A program made the translations under genes and the position numbers. From positions 97,238 through 161,237 of IMG/VR virus record IMGVR_UViG_3300046787_000130: a stretch of DNA of 64,000 nucleotides. The stretch is one strand, 5' to 3'. Position 1 is the first letter of the stretch, and each line of letters opens with the position of its first letter. Under the pieces are notes generated by a model. That model searched no databases. It was not told the origin of the DNA and was given only the letters and a program-made list of their open reading frames with translations. Origin of the DNA: a virus. This document shows, piece after piece, positions 1 through 9,140 of this stretch.

Positions 1-792
1 AAGACCACCGTTGCTAAGGCTCTCTGTGAAGAGATTGGGTGCGACTATCTTGTCATCAATGGTTCTGATGAATCAGGCATTGATACCTTCCGTATGAAGA
101 TTAAGAATTACGCCAGTGCTATGTCGTTGACTGGTGGTAAGAAAGTCATCATCATTGATGAGGCTGACTATCTCAATGCTAACTCTACTCAGCCAGCCAT
201 GCGTGCTGCTATGGAAGAGTTTGCCCATAATTGTACGTTTATCATGACGTGTAATTATAAGAATCGTATCATTGACCCTCTACACTCACGCTGCGCGGTC
301 ATTGAGTTTAAACTTAAGAATGTTGACAAGCCTATCATTGCCAAGCAGTTCATGCAGCGTGTTATCAACATTCTGACTAATGAGAAGGTTAACTTCGACA
401 AGCAGGTTGTTGTTGAGGTAATTAAGAAATATTTTCCTGACTTTAGGCGCACCCTGAATGAACTACAAAGGTATTCGGTATCTGGACATATTGATTCTGG
501 TATTCTATCTTCTGTTGTTGATGTATCTCTTGCCGGTTTGGTAAAGTCTCTCAGAGACCAAAACTTTACTGAAATGCGCAAGTGGGTTGCTGAGAATGGC
601 GGTGATGACCCTGTTCGTATGTACCGTCGTATCTATGATTCACTCTATGATGTTATGGACAAAACAACTATCCCTAACGCAGTAATCATCCTAGCCCGAT
701 ATCAGTACCAAGCAGCGTTTGTTGCTGACCAAGAACTGAACCTCACGGCATGCCTTACTGAAATGATGGTTGAGTGTAAGTTTAATGGCTGA
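1..792 (+). CDS. 44: Clamp loader large subunit (T4 gp44-like), 5'-truncated by window edge
   Basis: RFC motifs KTT (end of Walker A at window start), IIIDEAD and SRC; adjacent to gp62/regA. Confidence 0.95.
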   Translation, partial: KTTVAKALCEEIGCDYLVINGSDESGIDTFRMKIKNYASAMSLTGGKKVIIIDEADYLNANSTQPAMRAAMEEFAHNCTFIMTCNYKNRIIDPLHSRCAVIEFKLKNVDKPIIAKQFMQRVINILTNEKVNFDKQVVVEVIKKYFPDFRRTLNELQRYSVSGHIDSGILSSVVDVSLAGLVKSLRDQNFTEMRKWVAENGGDDPVRMYRRIYDSLYDVMDKTTIPNAVIILARYQYQAAFVADQELNLTACLTEMMVECKFNG

Positions 793-1165
793 CCTATTCA
801 AGGAGATTATTCCTAGCATCCTACAAACAAAGGAATATGCCCTGCTGACAGAGCAGGATGAAAAGGGTTACAGTTCATTTATGGTTAACAAGGCATTGTC
901 ATTTCATCGTGACACTGCTTTGATTGCTAATGCCATCAACGTGTATCCAAATCTTGACAATAAGTTGAAATACGACTTTCTTATAAATATGGTACGTGCT
1001 CAAAAACGCCCCTATTCAAAGTGGTTTAAGAGAGCCGAAAGTAGTGATTTGCTTGCTGTCAAAGAATATTATGGCTACTCGGATGCCAAAGCATATGAAG
1101 CCCTTCGGGTGCTTGATGATGAGCAAGTCACCATGATTAAAACAAGAATCAATAAAGGTGACTGA
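785..1165 (+). CDS. 62: Clamp loader small subunit (gp62-like)
   Basis: YSSFMVNKALS...YYGYS..KA.EAL motifs; T4 gene order 44-62-regA. Confidence 0.9.
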   Translation: MADLFKEIIPSILQTKEYALLTEQDEKGYSSFMVNKALSFHRDTALIANAINVYPNLDNKLKYDFLINMVRAQKRPYSKWFKRAESSDLLAVKEYYGYSDAKAYEALRVLDDEQVTMIKTRINKGD

Positions 1166-1580
1166 TATGACTTTGGAAAAATTAGTAGAGGTAACTCTGG
1201 CAAAGGAAGATGACTTTCTCAAGGTGCGTGAGACGCTAACTCGGATTGGCGTTGCCGCAAAGAAAGATAACATCCTGTATCAATCATGCCACATCCTGCA
1301 CAAGCAGGGTAAGTACTACATCGTACACTTCAAAGAATTGTTTGAACTTGATGGCAAGCCTAGCAGCATGACAGAGAATGACGTTGCTAGACGCAATACC
1401 ATTGCAAATCTAATCGCAGAGTGGGGACTTGTAAAGTTACTTGACCCTGCCAAGACTAAAGACAATCTAGCCCCAATTAGCCAAATCAAGATTCTTCCGC
1501 ACAAAGAGAAAGCAGAATGGCAGTTGGTTAGCAAGTACACTATTGGAAAGAAGCGCCGCGATATCCCTGAAATGGAGTAA
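1158..1580 (+). CDS. regA: Translational repressor RegA
   Basis: DDFLKVRETLTRIGVA, LYQSCHILHKQGKYYIVHFKELF signature. Confidence 0.97.
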   Translation: MTDMTLEKLVEVTLAKEDDFLKVRETLTRIGVAAKKDNILYQSCHILHKQGKYYIVHFKELFELDGKPSSMTENDVARRNTIANLIAEWGLVKLLDPAKTKDNLAPISQIKILPHKEKAEWQLVSKYTIGKKRRDIPEME

Positions 1581-1583
1581 ATT

Positions 1584-2102
1584 ATGTACATTGAGATTTA
1601 TAGAATGAACGCAGATGTCAGACTGCCTAAGTGGGGTACTGACTACGCAAACTGTTTTGATATTGAGTATTGCCCGGTAAATGATATTGTTCACGGCTAC
1701 AATGACTCTAATATTACGGTAGAGCGTTGGATTGAAAAGGATACGCATGACGTTGTCATCTATCCAGGTGAACGTCTTCTCATTCCCACAGGGTTAATCT
1801 TCAAGTTTCCAGACACTGTTGAGCATACTTATTCTTTGCGTCTCCATTCACGGTCTGGTCTTGCGTTGAAGCGCGGATTGGTTCTTGCTAATGGTACTGG
1901 AATTGTAGATGTAGACTACCGTATGCAGGTGTTTGCATTGATTGCTAACGTATCCTCAGTTGCGCAAACTATTGCCAAGCATGAACGTATCTGTCAGGGT
2001 GAGATTGTTCGTAATGAGCAATTCAAATTTGTGGAAACGGCAGATAAGCCTGACTTGTTAGGCAATCGCGCTGGCGGTTTTGGTTCAACTGGAACAAAGT
2101 GA
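1584..2102 (+). CDS. dut: Trimeric dUTPase
   Basis: RSGLA, GIVDVDY, RICQ and RAGGFGSTG motifs. Confidence 0.93.
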   Translation: MYIEIYRMNADVRLPKWGTDYANCFDIEYCPVNDIVHGYNDSNITVERWIEKDTHDVVIYPGERLLIPTGLIFKFPDTVEHTYSLRLHSRSGLALKRGLVLANGTGIVDVDYRMQVFALIANVSSVAQTIAKHERICQGEIVRNEQFKFVETADKPDLLGNRAGGFGSTGTK

Positions 2103-2530
2103 TGTTAGATGTGTTTGGTGATGCAGTGGTTGAGAATCCGTTTCTTAACTACCTGACATATGAAAACCACCTGCGTAACCTAGTGTTGAATAGACACGCT
2201 GGAGTTTTTATGCAGTACTGCGTAGGAACAAAACCAGGTGGCACCAAACATATCATTGATGTTGTTTCAGTTGATTCTAAGATTCTTGTTTCTGCAAAGT
2301 TGCAAAATATTGCGGGTACTGCGGAAGAGAAGATTCCATATGAGCAGTTAATGCTTCAGCATGCTTGTGATACCTACGGGTACAACAAAGCCTACATCGT
2401 ATGCGCTGGAACTGGTTGGCGTCTGCTCAACTACTTCACCTCAGAAGAATACAAGAATCTCATCAAGACTCCAAAAGTTGAACTGCTAAAGTACGAAGAT
2501 TTTGCTAGAATTATTGATGAAGTTGGCTAA
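2099..2530 (+). CDS. PD-(D/E)XK restriction-endonuclease-like protein
   Basis: HIIDV...SAKLQ..AGTAEEKIPYE pattern resembling small phage PD-(D/E)XK nucleases. Confidence 0.55.
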   Translation: MMLDVFGDAVVENPFLNYLTYENHLRNLVLNRHAGVFMQYCVGTKPGGTKHIIDVVSVDSKILVSAKLQNIAGTAEEKIPYEQLMLQHACDTYGYNKAYIVCAGTGWRLLNYFTSEEYKNLIKTPKVELLKYEDFARIIDEVG

Positions 2531-2592
2531 ATAAGAAACTGGATGCCCAATCGGGGTCCAGGTTTTTAACTTGCTTTTAAAGGAGTACAATC

Positions 2593-3018
2593 ATGACCAA
2601 TAGTCTATTTGACCGTTATCTACCATCTGCTCTTGGATTTGACCGCGTGTTTGATGTTCTTGACCACGCCTCTGATGTTGTCAATTCAAGCAATCTAGCC
2701 TTTCCTCCAGTAAATATTGTAAAGATTGACGACACTAACTATGCCGTTGAACTTGCTATTGCTGGTTACACAGAAGAAGAAGTCAACGTAGAAACCGAAA
2801 AGAATCTACTGAAGATTTCTGGAAAGAAATTGGAAAAAGATGAACGCAATTATGTCCTTAGAGGAATTGCAGGACGTTCATTCTATCGCCAGTTTATTCT
2901 GACTGATACGATGGTAGTGCGAGATGCGGCTCTCAAGAATGGCGTTCTTACAGTTTCTCTTGAGAATGTTATTCCAGAAGCCCAGAAGCCAAGAAAGATT
3001 GCTGTTCTAGCAACCTAG
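2593..3018 (+). CDS. hsp20: Small heat shock protein (Hsp20/IbpA-like)
   Basis: FPPVNI, ELAIAG, RGIAGRSFYRQF, A.LKNGVL; SD AGGAG. Confidence 0.93.
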   Translation: MTNSLFDRYLPSALGFDRVFDVLDHASDVVNSSNLAFPPVNIVKIDDTNYAVELAIAGYTEEEVNVETEKNLLKISGKKLEKDERNYVLRGIAGRSFYRQFILTDTMVVRDAALKNGVLTVSLENVIPEAQKPRKIAVLAT

Positions 3019-3044
3019 TAAAACAGACAACTTTTCTTGTAACG

Positions 3045-3079
3045 GTGCGGTGGTGAAAATCACCGCACTTTGCGTTTTT
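3045..3079 (+). terminator. Intrinsic terminator after hsp20
   Basis: GTGCGGTGGT-GAAA-ATCACCGCAC stem followed by T-rich tract. Confidence 0.8.
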
Positions 3080-3080
3080 G

Positions 3081-3150
3081 TAAGTGATTGATTTTACAGA
3101 AATTTTTCCTATCGACTTTTTTCTGGATTTCAGTACAATATAGGTATAGT
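3081..3150 (+). promoter_or_regulatory. Repeated early promoter copy 1 (IHF-consensus site + sigma70 -35/-10)
   Basis: TAAGTGATTGATT, TCGACT 3112, 16 bp, TACAAT 3134. Confidence 0.8.
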
Positions 3151-3349
3151 GAAAGTTAAGGGAAAAATGATGAAGACTGAAAAGCAGATTTTGGCTGAAA
3201 TTGCGCGCCTGCAGGCTCAACTTGATAGCATGAAAAAGCCCAAGATGAGCAAAGTGCGTCCGCTGTTTTCTGACAAGGACATCTGGATTGAGTCTGACAA
3301 AGTTGGCGGTTGCTGCGACCCGTCCACCGAAACTTACTGGTCAATGTAA
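3149..3349 (+). CDS. Hypothetical early protein (start probably at downstream ATG)
   Basis: ORF directly after promoter repeat; C-terminal CCDPSTETYWSM. Confidence 0.65.
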   Translation: MKVKGKMMKTEKQILAEIARLQAQLDSMKKPKMSKVRPLFSDKDIWIESDKVGGCCDPSTETYWSM

Positions 3350-3411
3350 GTGATTGATTTTACAAAAGAAAATCGCATTGACTTTTTCCTAGAATCCGGT
3401 ATTATATAAGT
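3347..3411 (+). promoter_or_regulatory. Repeated early promoter copy 2
   Basis: TAAGTGATTGATT, TTGACT 3378, 16 bp, TATTAT 3400, ATG 6 nt later. Confidence 0.8.
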
Positions 3412-3711
3412 ATGAAAAGCAAGTTCAAGCCGCTGCCGCGCAGCACCCGCCTCATCGTGGAATTCCACGATGGTATCCACAGCACCTACACCACCAAGGG
3501 TGACATCCTCAAGCAGAATGTCTTCAACCCGCGTGCCATGAGCCTGTCGCTCATCAACGCGCTGGCTGACTTGGAGGCAGACCGCAAGGCTGACTTTGAC
3601 AAGATAGGCACCATTGTGACCACCAACGCGATTGGTTACGTCACTGGTGTTGATGGCAAGCAGCACACCTACACTCTGGACATTTCCGCATACCGCATTG
3701 GGGGCAAGTAA
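3412..3711 (+). CDS. Hypothetical early protein (probably leaderless)
   Basis: ORF begins at predicted +1; GC-richer codon usage. Confidence 0.7.
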   Translation: MKSKFKPLPRSTRLIVEFHDGIHSTYTTKGDILKQNVFNPRAMSLSLINALADLEADRKADFDKIGTIVTTNAIGYVTGVDGKQHTYTLDISAYRIGGK

Positions 3712-3712
3712 G

Positions 3713-3997
3713 ATGAGCCACATGAAGGATTTTCTTGAGGATGTTCGCGCCATGATTCTGCATGGCGCTTCCGTTGAGTACATCGCAAGTTGTAATGACG
3801 TGCCGGTGGAAATGGTCGAGGGTGCGCTTGACATTCTCATGGAAGATGCTGACTTCTGTAAACTGGCTGGCTTTGATGCGCCTGAGCCGCTGTATGACGT
3901 GGACGATGAGCCGCTGAGTGCAGAGGATGATGGCTACATCTATGGCACGGATGATGGCTATGGTGTGGATTTCTATGATGGGGAGTATGCGACATGA
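3713..3997 (+). CDS. Acidic hypothetical protein
   Basis: ATG 2 nt after previous stop; D/E-rich C-terminus. Confidence 0.65.
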   Translation: MSHMKDFLEDVRAMILHGASVEYIASCNDVPVEMVEGALDILMEDADFCKLAGFDAPEPLYDVDDEPLSAEDDGYIYGTDDGYGVDFYDGEYAT

Positions 3998-4125
3998 GCA
4001 AGTTGTATAAGGGTAATGGCGTGGCGCGTGATTTGCGCAGCCCCAAGTATGCGATGCGTGTTGTGCCGACGCACAAGCAGTATCGTCGCGCCAAGGCAAA
4101 GCGGGATTGGTCTAATGATATCTGA
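3994..4125 (+). CDS. 43-aa basic protein, ArfA-like (not in ORF track)
   Basis: MSKLYKGNGVARDLRSPKYAMRVVPTHKQYRRAKAKRDWSNDI; ATGA overlap with upstream stop. Confidence 0.6.
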   Translation: MSKLYKGNGVARDLRSPKYAMRVVPTHKQYRRAKAKRDWSNDI

Positions 4126-4351
4126 TGGAGTTGTTGCTGTGTATCGTGAACGTGCATATGTTGTAAAGCCGCGAGTCAATTTCAATCCTGCAAACAAGCA
4201 GCATAGGCTTGACTATGCGCAGTTTATCAAGTATAATAACTGGAAGACAGGTTGCCAATATCTGTTGGAAGAGCCATACATGGACATTCCGACAATGATT
4301 CAGGACAAGTTGGTTCGTTATTATCTCAAGCCGATGATGGAGAAAGCGTGA
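4115..4351 (+). CDS. Hypothetical protein
   Basis: Coupled ORF in operon. Confidence 0.6.
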   Translation: MISDGVVAVYRERAYVVKPRVNFNPANKQHRLDYAQFIKYNNWKTGCQYLLEEPYMDIPTMIQDKLVRYYLKPMMEKA

Positions 4352-4578
4352 TGCCTTATCAGTGGGTTGAACATGATTTGGGTGTTTACACCGATGAAGA
4401 CCTGGTTGAAGAACTGGAACATCGTCACTATAACTTCAAGAATCTCATAAAAGATGAGATAAAAGAAGACATTGATGCTGCCCTATATGAGTTGGCTGAT
4501 TGTAAGCGTTACAATCCTGAGAAGTTTGATGAGATGTTTTCCCAGTTTGTTTGGGACACCATTGGAAAGAGTATCTGA
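4351..4578 (+). CDS. Hypothetical protein
   Basis: SD GGAG; TGATG coupling. Confidence 0.6.
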   Translation: MPYQWVEHDLGVYTDEDLVEELEHRHYNFKNLIKDEIKEDIDAALYELADCKRYNPEKFDEMFSQFVWDTIGKSI

Positions 4579-4580
4579 AA

Positions 4581-4916
4581 ATGTATCGTTGGTCTAAAAA
4601 GCGCAAGCCAAAGGGTGAGATTGCTCGCAAACTTGACACCCGAAAGTTGCGTGGCGTTGATGTAGTGTTCGGCAGTAACCGCGCACTGCGTCCTGGTTCT
4701 GACGTTGCGTTGAGCATCCAGTCTCACGTGACATCAACGCAGTTTCTTCCTGCGCGCAACAGCGTAATGGATGCGGCTCAACTTGCCAAGGAAGCACCTG
4801 AAGTGCGTGATGCCATCATTGCCAAAAGCAAGCGACTGGCTCCTGCCTATAGCAAGGGCGCAGTGCAGTATGTTACTGATGATGCTGATGTACAGTCACT
4901 GGGGAGAAAGCGGTGA
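4581..4916 (+). CDS. Hypothetical basic protein
   Basis: C-terminal APAYSKGAVQYV motif typical of T4-like phage small proteins. Confidence 0.65.
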   Translation: MYRWSKKRKPKGEIARKLDTRKLRGVDVVFGSNRALRPGSDVALSIQSHVTSTQFLPARNSVMDAAQLAKEAPEVRDAIIAKSKRLAPAYSKGAVQYVTDDADVQSLGRKR

Positions 4917-5200
4917 ACAAACTAACGAAAGAATATCTGGCTGAGTTGGGATTGGCACTTAAGCGATTTGGCACTTATCAATATGATGATAAGGGTGCGC
5001 ATGAGGTAATGAATCTTGAACCACTAATCTCTAAATTGCAAGAATTATCTGCAATAGAAGCAGCAGAAGTCTTGCGGGAAATTGCAGCGTCTCCAAAGTA
5101 TGACAACCGAGGCAGTCTCTTAACGGAAACACTGCTTGCTTACATGGAAGACTGGGAAGAGTTGTGGGCGCAGCCTGGAATTGAAGACTTGGCATATTAG
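4913..5200 (+). CDS. Hypothetical protein
   Basis: GTGA overlap, SD GGAG. Confidence 0.6.
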   Translation: MNKLTKEYLAELGLALKRFGTYQYDDKGAHEVMNLEPLISKLQELSAIEAAEVLREIAASPKYDNRGSLLTETLLAYMEDWEELWAQPGIEDLAY

Positions 5201-5210
5201 GAGTTGAAGA

Positions 5211-5429
5211 ATGAAAGTACGATTGATGAAGCGATATATGAAAGATGTTGAAGACCCATATTATGAAGTGGACAAATGGATTCATCTGTTAGGGCAAATT
5301 GGGTATTGGAGTACTCAGGCAAGAACAATGGATTACAATTATGCAGTTTCCGTGTTTGAAGACTATAAGCACAATAAGCGCGGCGGACCAGAACGCAAGG
5401 CAGAAGTACTTTTAATTCACCATGAGTGA
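5211..5429 (+). CDS. Hypothetical protein
   Basis: SD AGGAG. Confidence 0.6.
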   Translation: MKVRLMKRYMKDVEDPYYEVDKWIHLLGQIGYWSTQARTMDYNYAVSVFEDYKHNKRGGPERKAEVLLIHHE

Positions 5430-5431
5430 AC

Positions 5432-5460
5432 TTGACTTTTTCATTTTAATCTTTTATACT
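5432..5460 (+). promoter_or_regulatory. Sigma70-type promoter
   Basis: TTGACT-17bp-TATACT. Confidence 0.75.
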
Positions 5461-5521
5461 ATATCTTTCGTATGGTTAGTGGGTATCCTGCTAGCCATGC
5501 TTTTCTTTTTAGGACTATTGT

Positions 5522-6331
5522 ATGAAGTTACATTTACTAAGCGACCTCCATCTTGAGTTTGCCCCAATAGATTTGCCCGGCGGCGATGTACTTCTGCTTG
5601 CTGGCGATATTTTTGTTGCTAGCAACAAGCGTCTTAATGATACGTTTCATGGAGAAGAAGCCAAATATTTCTTTGAAGATGCGTGCGCCAAGTACAACAA
5701 GGTAATCTGCATTGCCGGCAACCATGAACACTATGGTAACTATTATAACACGACACACGAAAACATTCGTAACTTTTTCCATAAGCATGACTTGAAGGTT
5801 GTGTTCTTAGAGAACAGTTGCTTTGAATTAAATGATGAATACGTGTTGTTTGGTTCTACCTTCTGGACAGACTTTAACAACAATGACTTTGTTGCGGTAC
5901 AAGCAGCAAAGAACGGCATGAATGACTTCCGTATGATTTCCTATGAGAATGATAATAAGAGCGGAAGTCTCTCGCCATTTGACACTACCGAATTTAATTT
6001 GACGGCGCGCAATTCACTAAAGATGGCACTAGAGTTTTATTCAACCAAGAAGTTTATCGTGATGACGCATCATCTACCTGACATGCTCAGTGTTGATGCT
6101 AAGTATGGTAATGACCCGTTGAATTATGCCTATGCTAACACGGGTCTCAAACAATTCATATTGGACAATCCCCGTATAAAGTACTGGATGCATGGGCACA
6201 CCCATACCAGCCGTGACTATATAATTGGAGATTGTCGAGTGATGTGCAATCCAAGAGGATACGCCAAACCGTATCGTCCTGAAGAATGCGAAAATATTTT
6301 GTTTAACGTGAATCATACACTGGAGATTTAA
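5522..6331 (+). CDS. Calcineurin-like metallophosphoesterase
   Basis: SDLH, AGDI, GNHE, THH, HGHTH, NPRGY motifs. Confidence 0.92.
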   Translation: MKLHLLSDLHLEFAPIDLPGGDVLLLAGDIFVASNKRLNDTFHGEEAKYFFEDACAKYNKVICIAGNHEHYGNYYNTTHENIRNFFHKHDLKVVFLENSCFELNDEYVLFGSTFWTDFNNNDFVAVQAAKNGMNDFRMISYENDNKSGSLSPFDTTEFNLTARNSLKMALEFYSTKKFIVMTHHLPDMLSVDAKYGNDPLNYAYANTGLKQFILDNPRIKYWMHGHTHTSRDYIIGDCRVMCNPRGYAKPYRPEECENILFNVNHTLEI

Positions 6332-6332
6332 T

Positions 6333-6539
6333 ATGCAAAACTTTAATTTTACCCTACACGAAGATGGTAGCAATCAACTAGATGGTTCGCATCCTGTAAT
6401 TCCATCTGTGCGCAATACCCTAAGCGTTCATGGCGATTTGAACCTAACCATGTTGATTGAACACTTCCAGCAGTTTGTTGTTGGTTGCGGATATGTTCTT
6501 CCTGAGAATACTTCGATTGGTCTTGTTGAGGACTATTAA
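6333..6539 (+). CDS. Hypothetical protein
   Basis: ORF with F..FVVGCGY motif; operonic. Confidence 0.6.
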   Translation: MQNFNFTLHEDGSNQLDGSHPVIPSVRNTLSVHGDLNLTMLIEHFQQFVVGCGYVLPENTSIGLVEDY

Positions 6540-6542
6540 TCT

Positions 6543-7283
6543 ATGAAAGTAACCGTAATCACGGCTACTACAGGCAACCCGCTTCTTGCGGGTTGTTTGC
6601 GTTCTGTGGCAGCACAAACCCATAGAGATGTCACCCATGTTGTAGTTGGAGATGGTCCAGAACATTGGGAGAAGATTGACGCAATCTTTACAGATGCTGG
6701 ATTTCCTAATGGGACAAATCAGTTCTATCTTGAGATTCCTTACCCTATCGGAAAAGACCGCTGGAATGCACATCGCATCTATCCAGCAGTAACCTATATG
6801 GCAGAGGGTGACTTCATCATGTATCTTGATGAGGACAATGTTCTTGAGCCTGACCATATTGAATCCCTAATCAAGTTGGTTACAGAAAAGAATCTACATT
6901 GGGCTTATTCGCTCCGTAAGATTATTGACAAGGATGGTAACTATCTCTGTCATGATGATTGCGAGAGTCTGGGCAAGTGGGCTTCTGTACTTGACCCACG
7001 AGACTTCTTTGTAGATGTAAATTGCTACTTTGTGCGAAGGGATGTTGCTGTTGCGATTACACCTGCTTGGTACAGAAAATTCAGAGAACCGGGACAGCCT
7101 GAAGTTGACCGCGTGTTAGCGCACGTGCTGATGAATAACTTCCCACAGTATGATTGCACTTACAATTATTCGTTGCTATATAGAGTAGGCAACACGCAGC
7201 ACTCAGTGCAGAAAGAATTCTTTGAGCGTGGCAATGCCGCTATGTTGCAACGATATGATGGCAAACTTCCTTGGAAGATTTAA
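6543..7283 (+). CDS. Glycosyltransferase family 2 (GT-A)
   Basis: VTVITAT, LRSVAAQT, VVVGDG, YLDEDN (DxD). Confidence 0.88.
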   Translation: MKVTVITATTGNPLLAGCLRSVAAQTHRDVTHVVVGDGPEHWEKIDAIFTDAGFPNGTNQFYLEIPYPIGKDRWNAHRIYPAVTYMAEGDFIMYLDEDNVLEPDHIESLIKLVTEKNLHWAYSLRKIIDKDGNYLCHDDCESLGKWASVLDPRDFFVDVNCYFVRRDVAVAITPAWYRKFREPGQPEVDRVLAHVLMNNFPQYDCTYNYSLLYRVGNTQHSVQKEFFERGNAAMLQRYDGKLPWKI

Positions 7284-7284
7284 T

Positions 7285-8238
7285 ATGGCAGAACAAAGAA
7301 CCTTAGTTTGCGTTTTTGCGCAAACTCGCGAACATGAATTAGTATGGAAGAATTTCAAGAAGAACGTATTAGATGCTCTCAATGCTGACTTGGCTCTTTG
7401 TATTGCTGTACCCGATGACTATGCTTACGCTAATCCATATTGGCAGCATGCTAAGTATAAATGGACTTGTCCAGAATATGAAAACTGGATGGATGCTTTT
7501 GAGTATGCCAAAAAAATTAGTTTCCCTCAAGTTGGTGATGATTGGAAAACTGCATTAACGGTTCCTGGTAATTGGATATCACCGCTAAATGGTAATCCTG
7601 CTGGCGGCGCACTTCAAATCTTTTTTAGATGGTTGCTTTGGCAGCATCTACAAAAAGATGACATTTTTGCGCAATATGATAGGGTTGTCTTTACGCGCTC
7701 TGATTTTATGTTCCTCTCTCCGCATCCTCCAATGGACTTGTTAAGCCAAGAGCATATTTGGCTTCCTAATGGAGAGTACTACGGTGGCGTAACAGACCGT
7801 CATGCAGTTCTTTCGAGAAAGAACGCTGAAGGATATCTTATGGGCATTATGAAAAACATAATGACAAATACGAGCCAATTTTGTGCATGTTTGCGGGAAG
7901 CGGGAAAAAACTACGATAGACATTATGCAACTGATACTGATGACCCTAATAAGGTAATTCCTGTTGGGCTAGAGATGTCTATCAAGGTTAATTTAGATTT
8001 TGAATTTCCGGTAGATACATGTAGATTCTTTCCATATATAATGTATACGGTAAGGTCAGCTGACGGTAAATCGCGCCATAATTATGGAACATGGTACGAA
8101 GAATTAGGCTACTTCATAAAAAGTCCTGAAGAACTGTTTAGCGCAAAAACTTACCAAGCAATTTACGTGAAACCGCAAGATTGGTATACTGTGCCAAGAG
8201 TAGAAGCCCCGCCATATTGGAACTCTACTTGGCCATGA
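7285..8238 (+). CDS. Putative glycosyltransferase-like protein, paralog A
   Basis: YDRVVFTRSDFMF and GGVTDRHAV motifs; glyco-operon context. Confidence 0.6.
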   Translation: MAEQRTLVCVFAQTREHELVWKNFKKNVLDALNADLALCIAVPDDYAYANPYWQHAKYKWTCPEYENWMDAFEYAKKISFPQVGDDWKTALTVPGNWISPLNGNPAGGALQIFFRWLLWQHLQKDDIFAQYDRVVFTRSDFMFLSPHPPMDLLSQEHIWLPNGEYYGGVTDRHAVLSRKNAEGYLMGIMKNIMTNTSQFCACLREAGKNYDRHYATDTDDPNKVIPVGLEMSIKVNLDFEFPVDTCRFFPYIMYTVRSADGKSRHNYGTWYEELGYFIKSPEELFSAKTYQAIYVKPQDWYTVPRVEAPPYWNSTWP

Positions 8239-8261
8239 CAATATAACAAAGGTGAATTGAT

Positions 8262-9140
8262 ATGCAACAACGAACGCTAGTTTGCGTAATCTCTCAAACA
8301 AGAGAACAAGAAATTGTTTGGGATAATTTCAAGAAGAATGTACTGGATACTTTAAACGCTGACTTAGCGTTATGTATTGCTGTATCAGACGATTATGATT
8401 ACTCTAATCCATATTGGCAGAACGCCAAATACAAGTGGACATGTCCAGAGTATAAAGATTGGACTGATGCGTTTGAGTTTGCGAGGCAAACGGATTTTCC
8501 AGAAGCAACTGATGACTGGAAGAAAATTCTAACCATCCCAAGCAACTGGATGTCGCCAATTAACGGGTATCCTGGCGCAGGGTCTATTCTGATTTTCTTC
8601 CGTTGGTTGTTATGGCACAACTTAAAGAAAGAAGACATCTTCAAGCACTATGACCGCATCATCATAACTCGATCAGACTTTATGTTCCTCTGTCCGCATC
8701 CTCCAATGGAACTGCTCCATCCAAATTATATTTGGGTGCCTGATGGTGAACACTATGGCGGCATTACTGACCGTTATGCCGTCTTGTCTGAAAAAAATGC
8801 TGATGGTTACTTCAGCATCATGAAGCATATCATGACCAACACGAACAATCTATATAATACTCTCAAGCAACTGCAAGATGAAATCCAAGATGAAATAAAT
8901 CTGGAAAAGTCTGTTATGAAAGTTTTAGAGTTTGAGTTTGGTCCTAACATATGCAGATTCTTTCCATATATAATGTATTCCGTTAGGTCTAAGGAAGGAA
9001 AAACCCGATGGCAAAGTGGTTACTGGGTTGAGGAATTAGGTTACTACATTAAGTATCCCTCAGAATTCGAACGCGCACAATTCTTTCAACAAATTATCGT
9101 AAAGCCAGAAGATTGGTATCGTATAGCGAGGCAAGAATGA
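8262..9140 (+). CDS. Putative glycosyltransferase-like protein, paralog B
   Basis: Colinear paralog of 7285..8238 (YDRIIITRSDFMF, GGITDRYAV). Confidence 0.6.
   Translation: MQQRTLVCVISQTREQEIVWDNFKKNVLDTLNADLALCIAVSDDYDYSNPYWQNAKYKWTCPEYKDWTDAFEFARQTDFPEATDDWKKILTIPSNWMSPINGYPGAGSILIFFRWLLWHNLKKEDIFKHYDRIIITRSDFMFLCPHPPMELLHPNYIWVPDGEHYGGITDRYAVLSEKNADGYFSIMKHIMTNTNNLYNTLKQLQDEIQDEINLEKSVMKVLEFEFGPNICRFFPYIMYSVRSKEGKTRWQSGYWVEELGYYIKYPSEFERAQFFQQIIVKPEDWYRIARQE

Noticed and set aside
982-989. TATAAATA inside gp62
   Set aside because: Could be a late promoter for regA but lies in coding sequence about 170 nt upstream; chance occurrence not excluded
3334-4197. Several long minus-strand ORFs over early genes
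   Set aside because: Expected in GC-richer sequence; the plus strand has promoters and coupled ORFs
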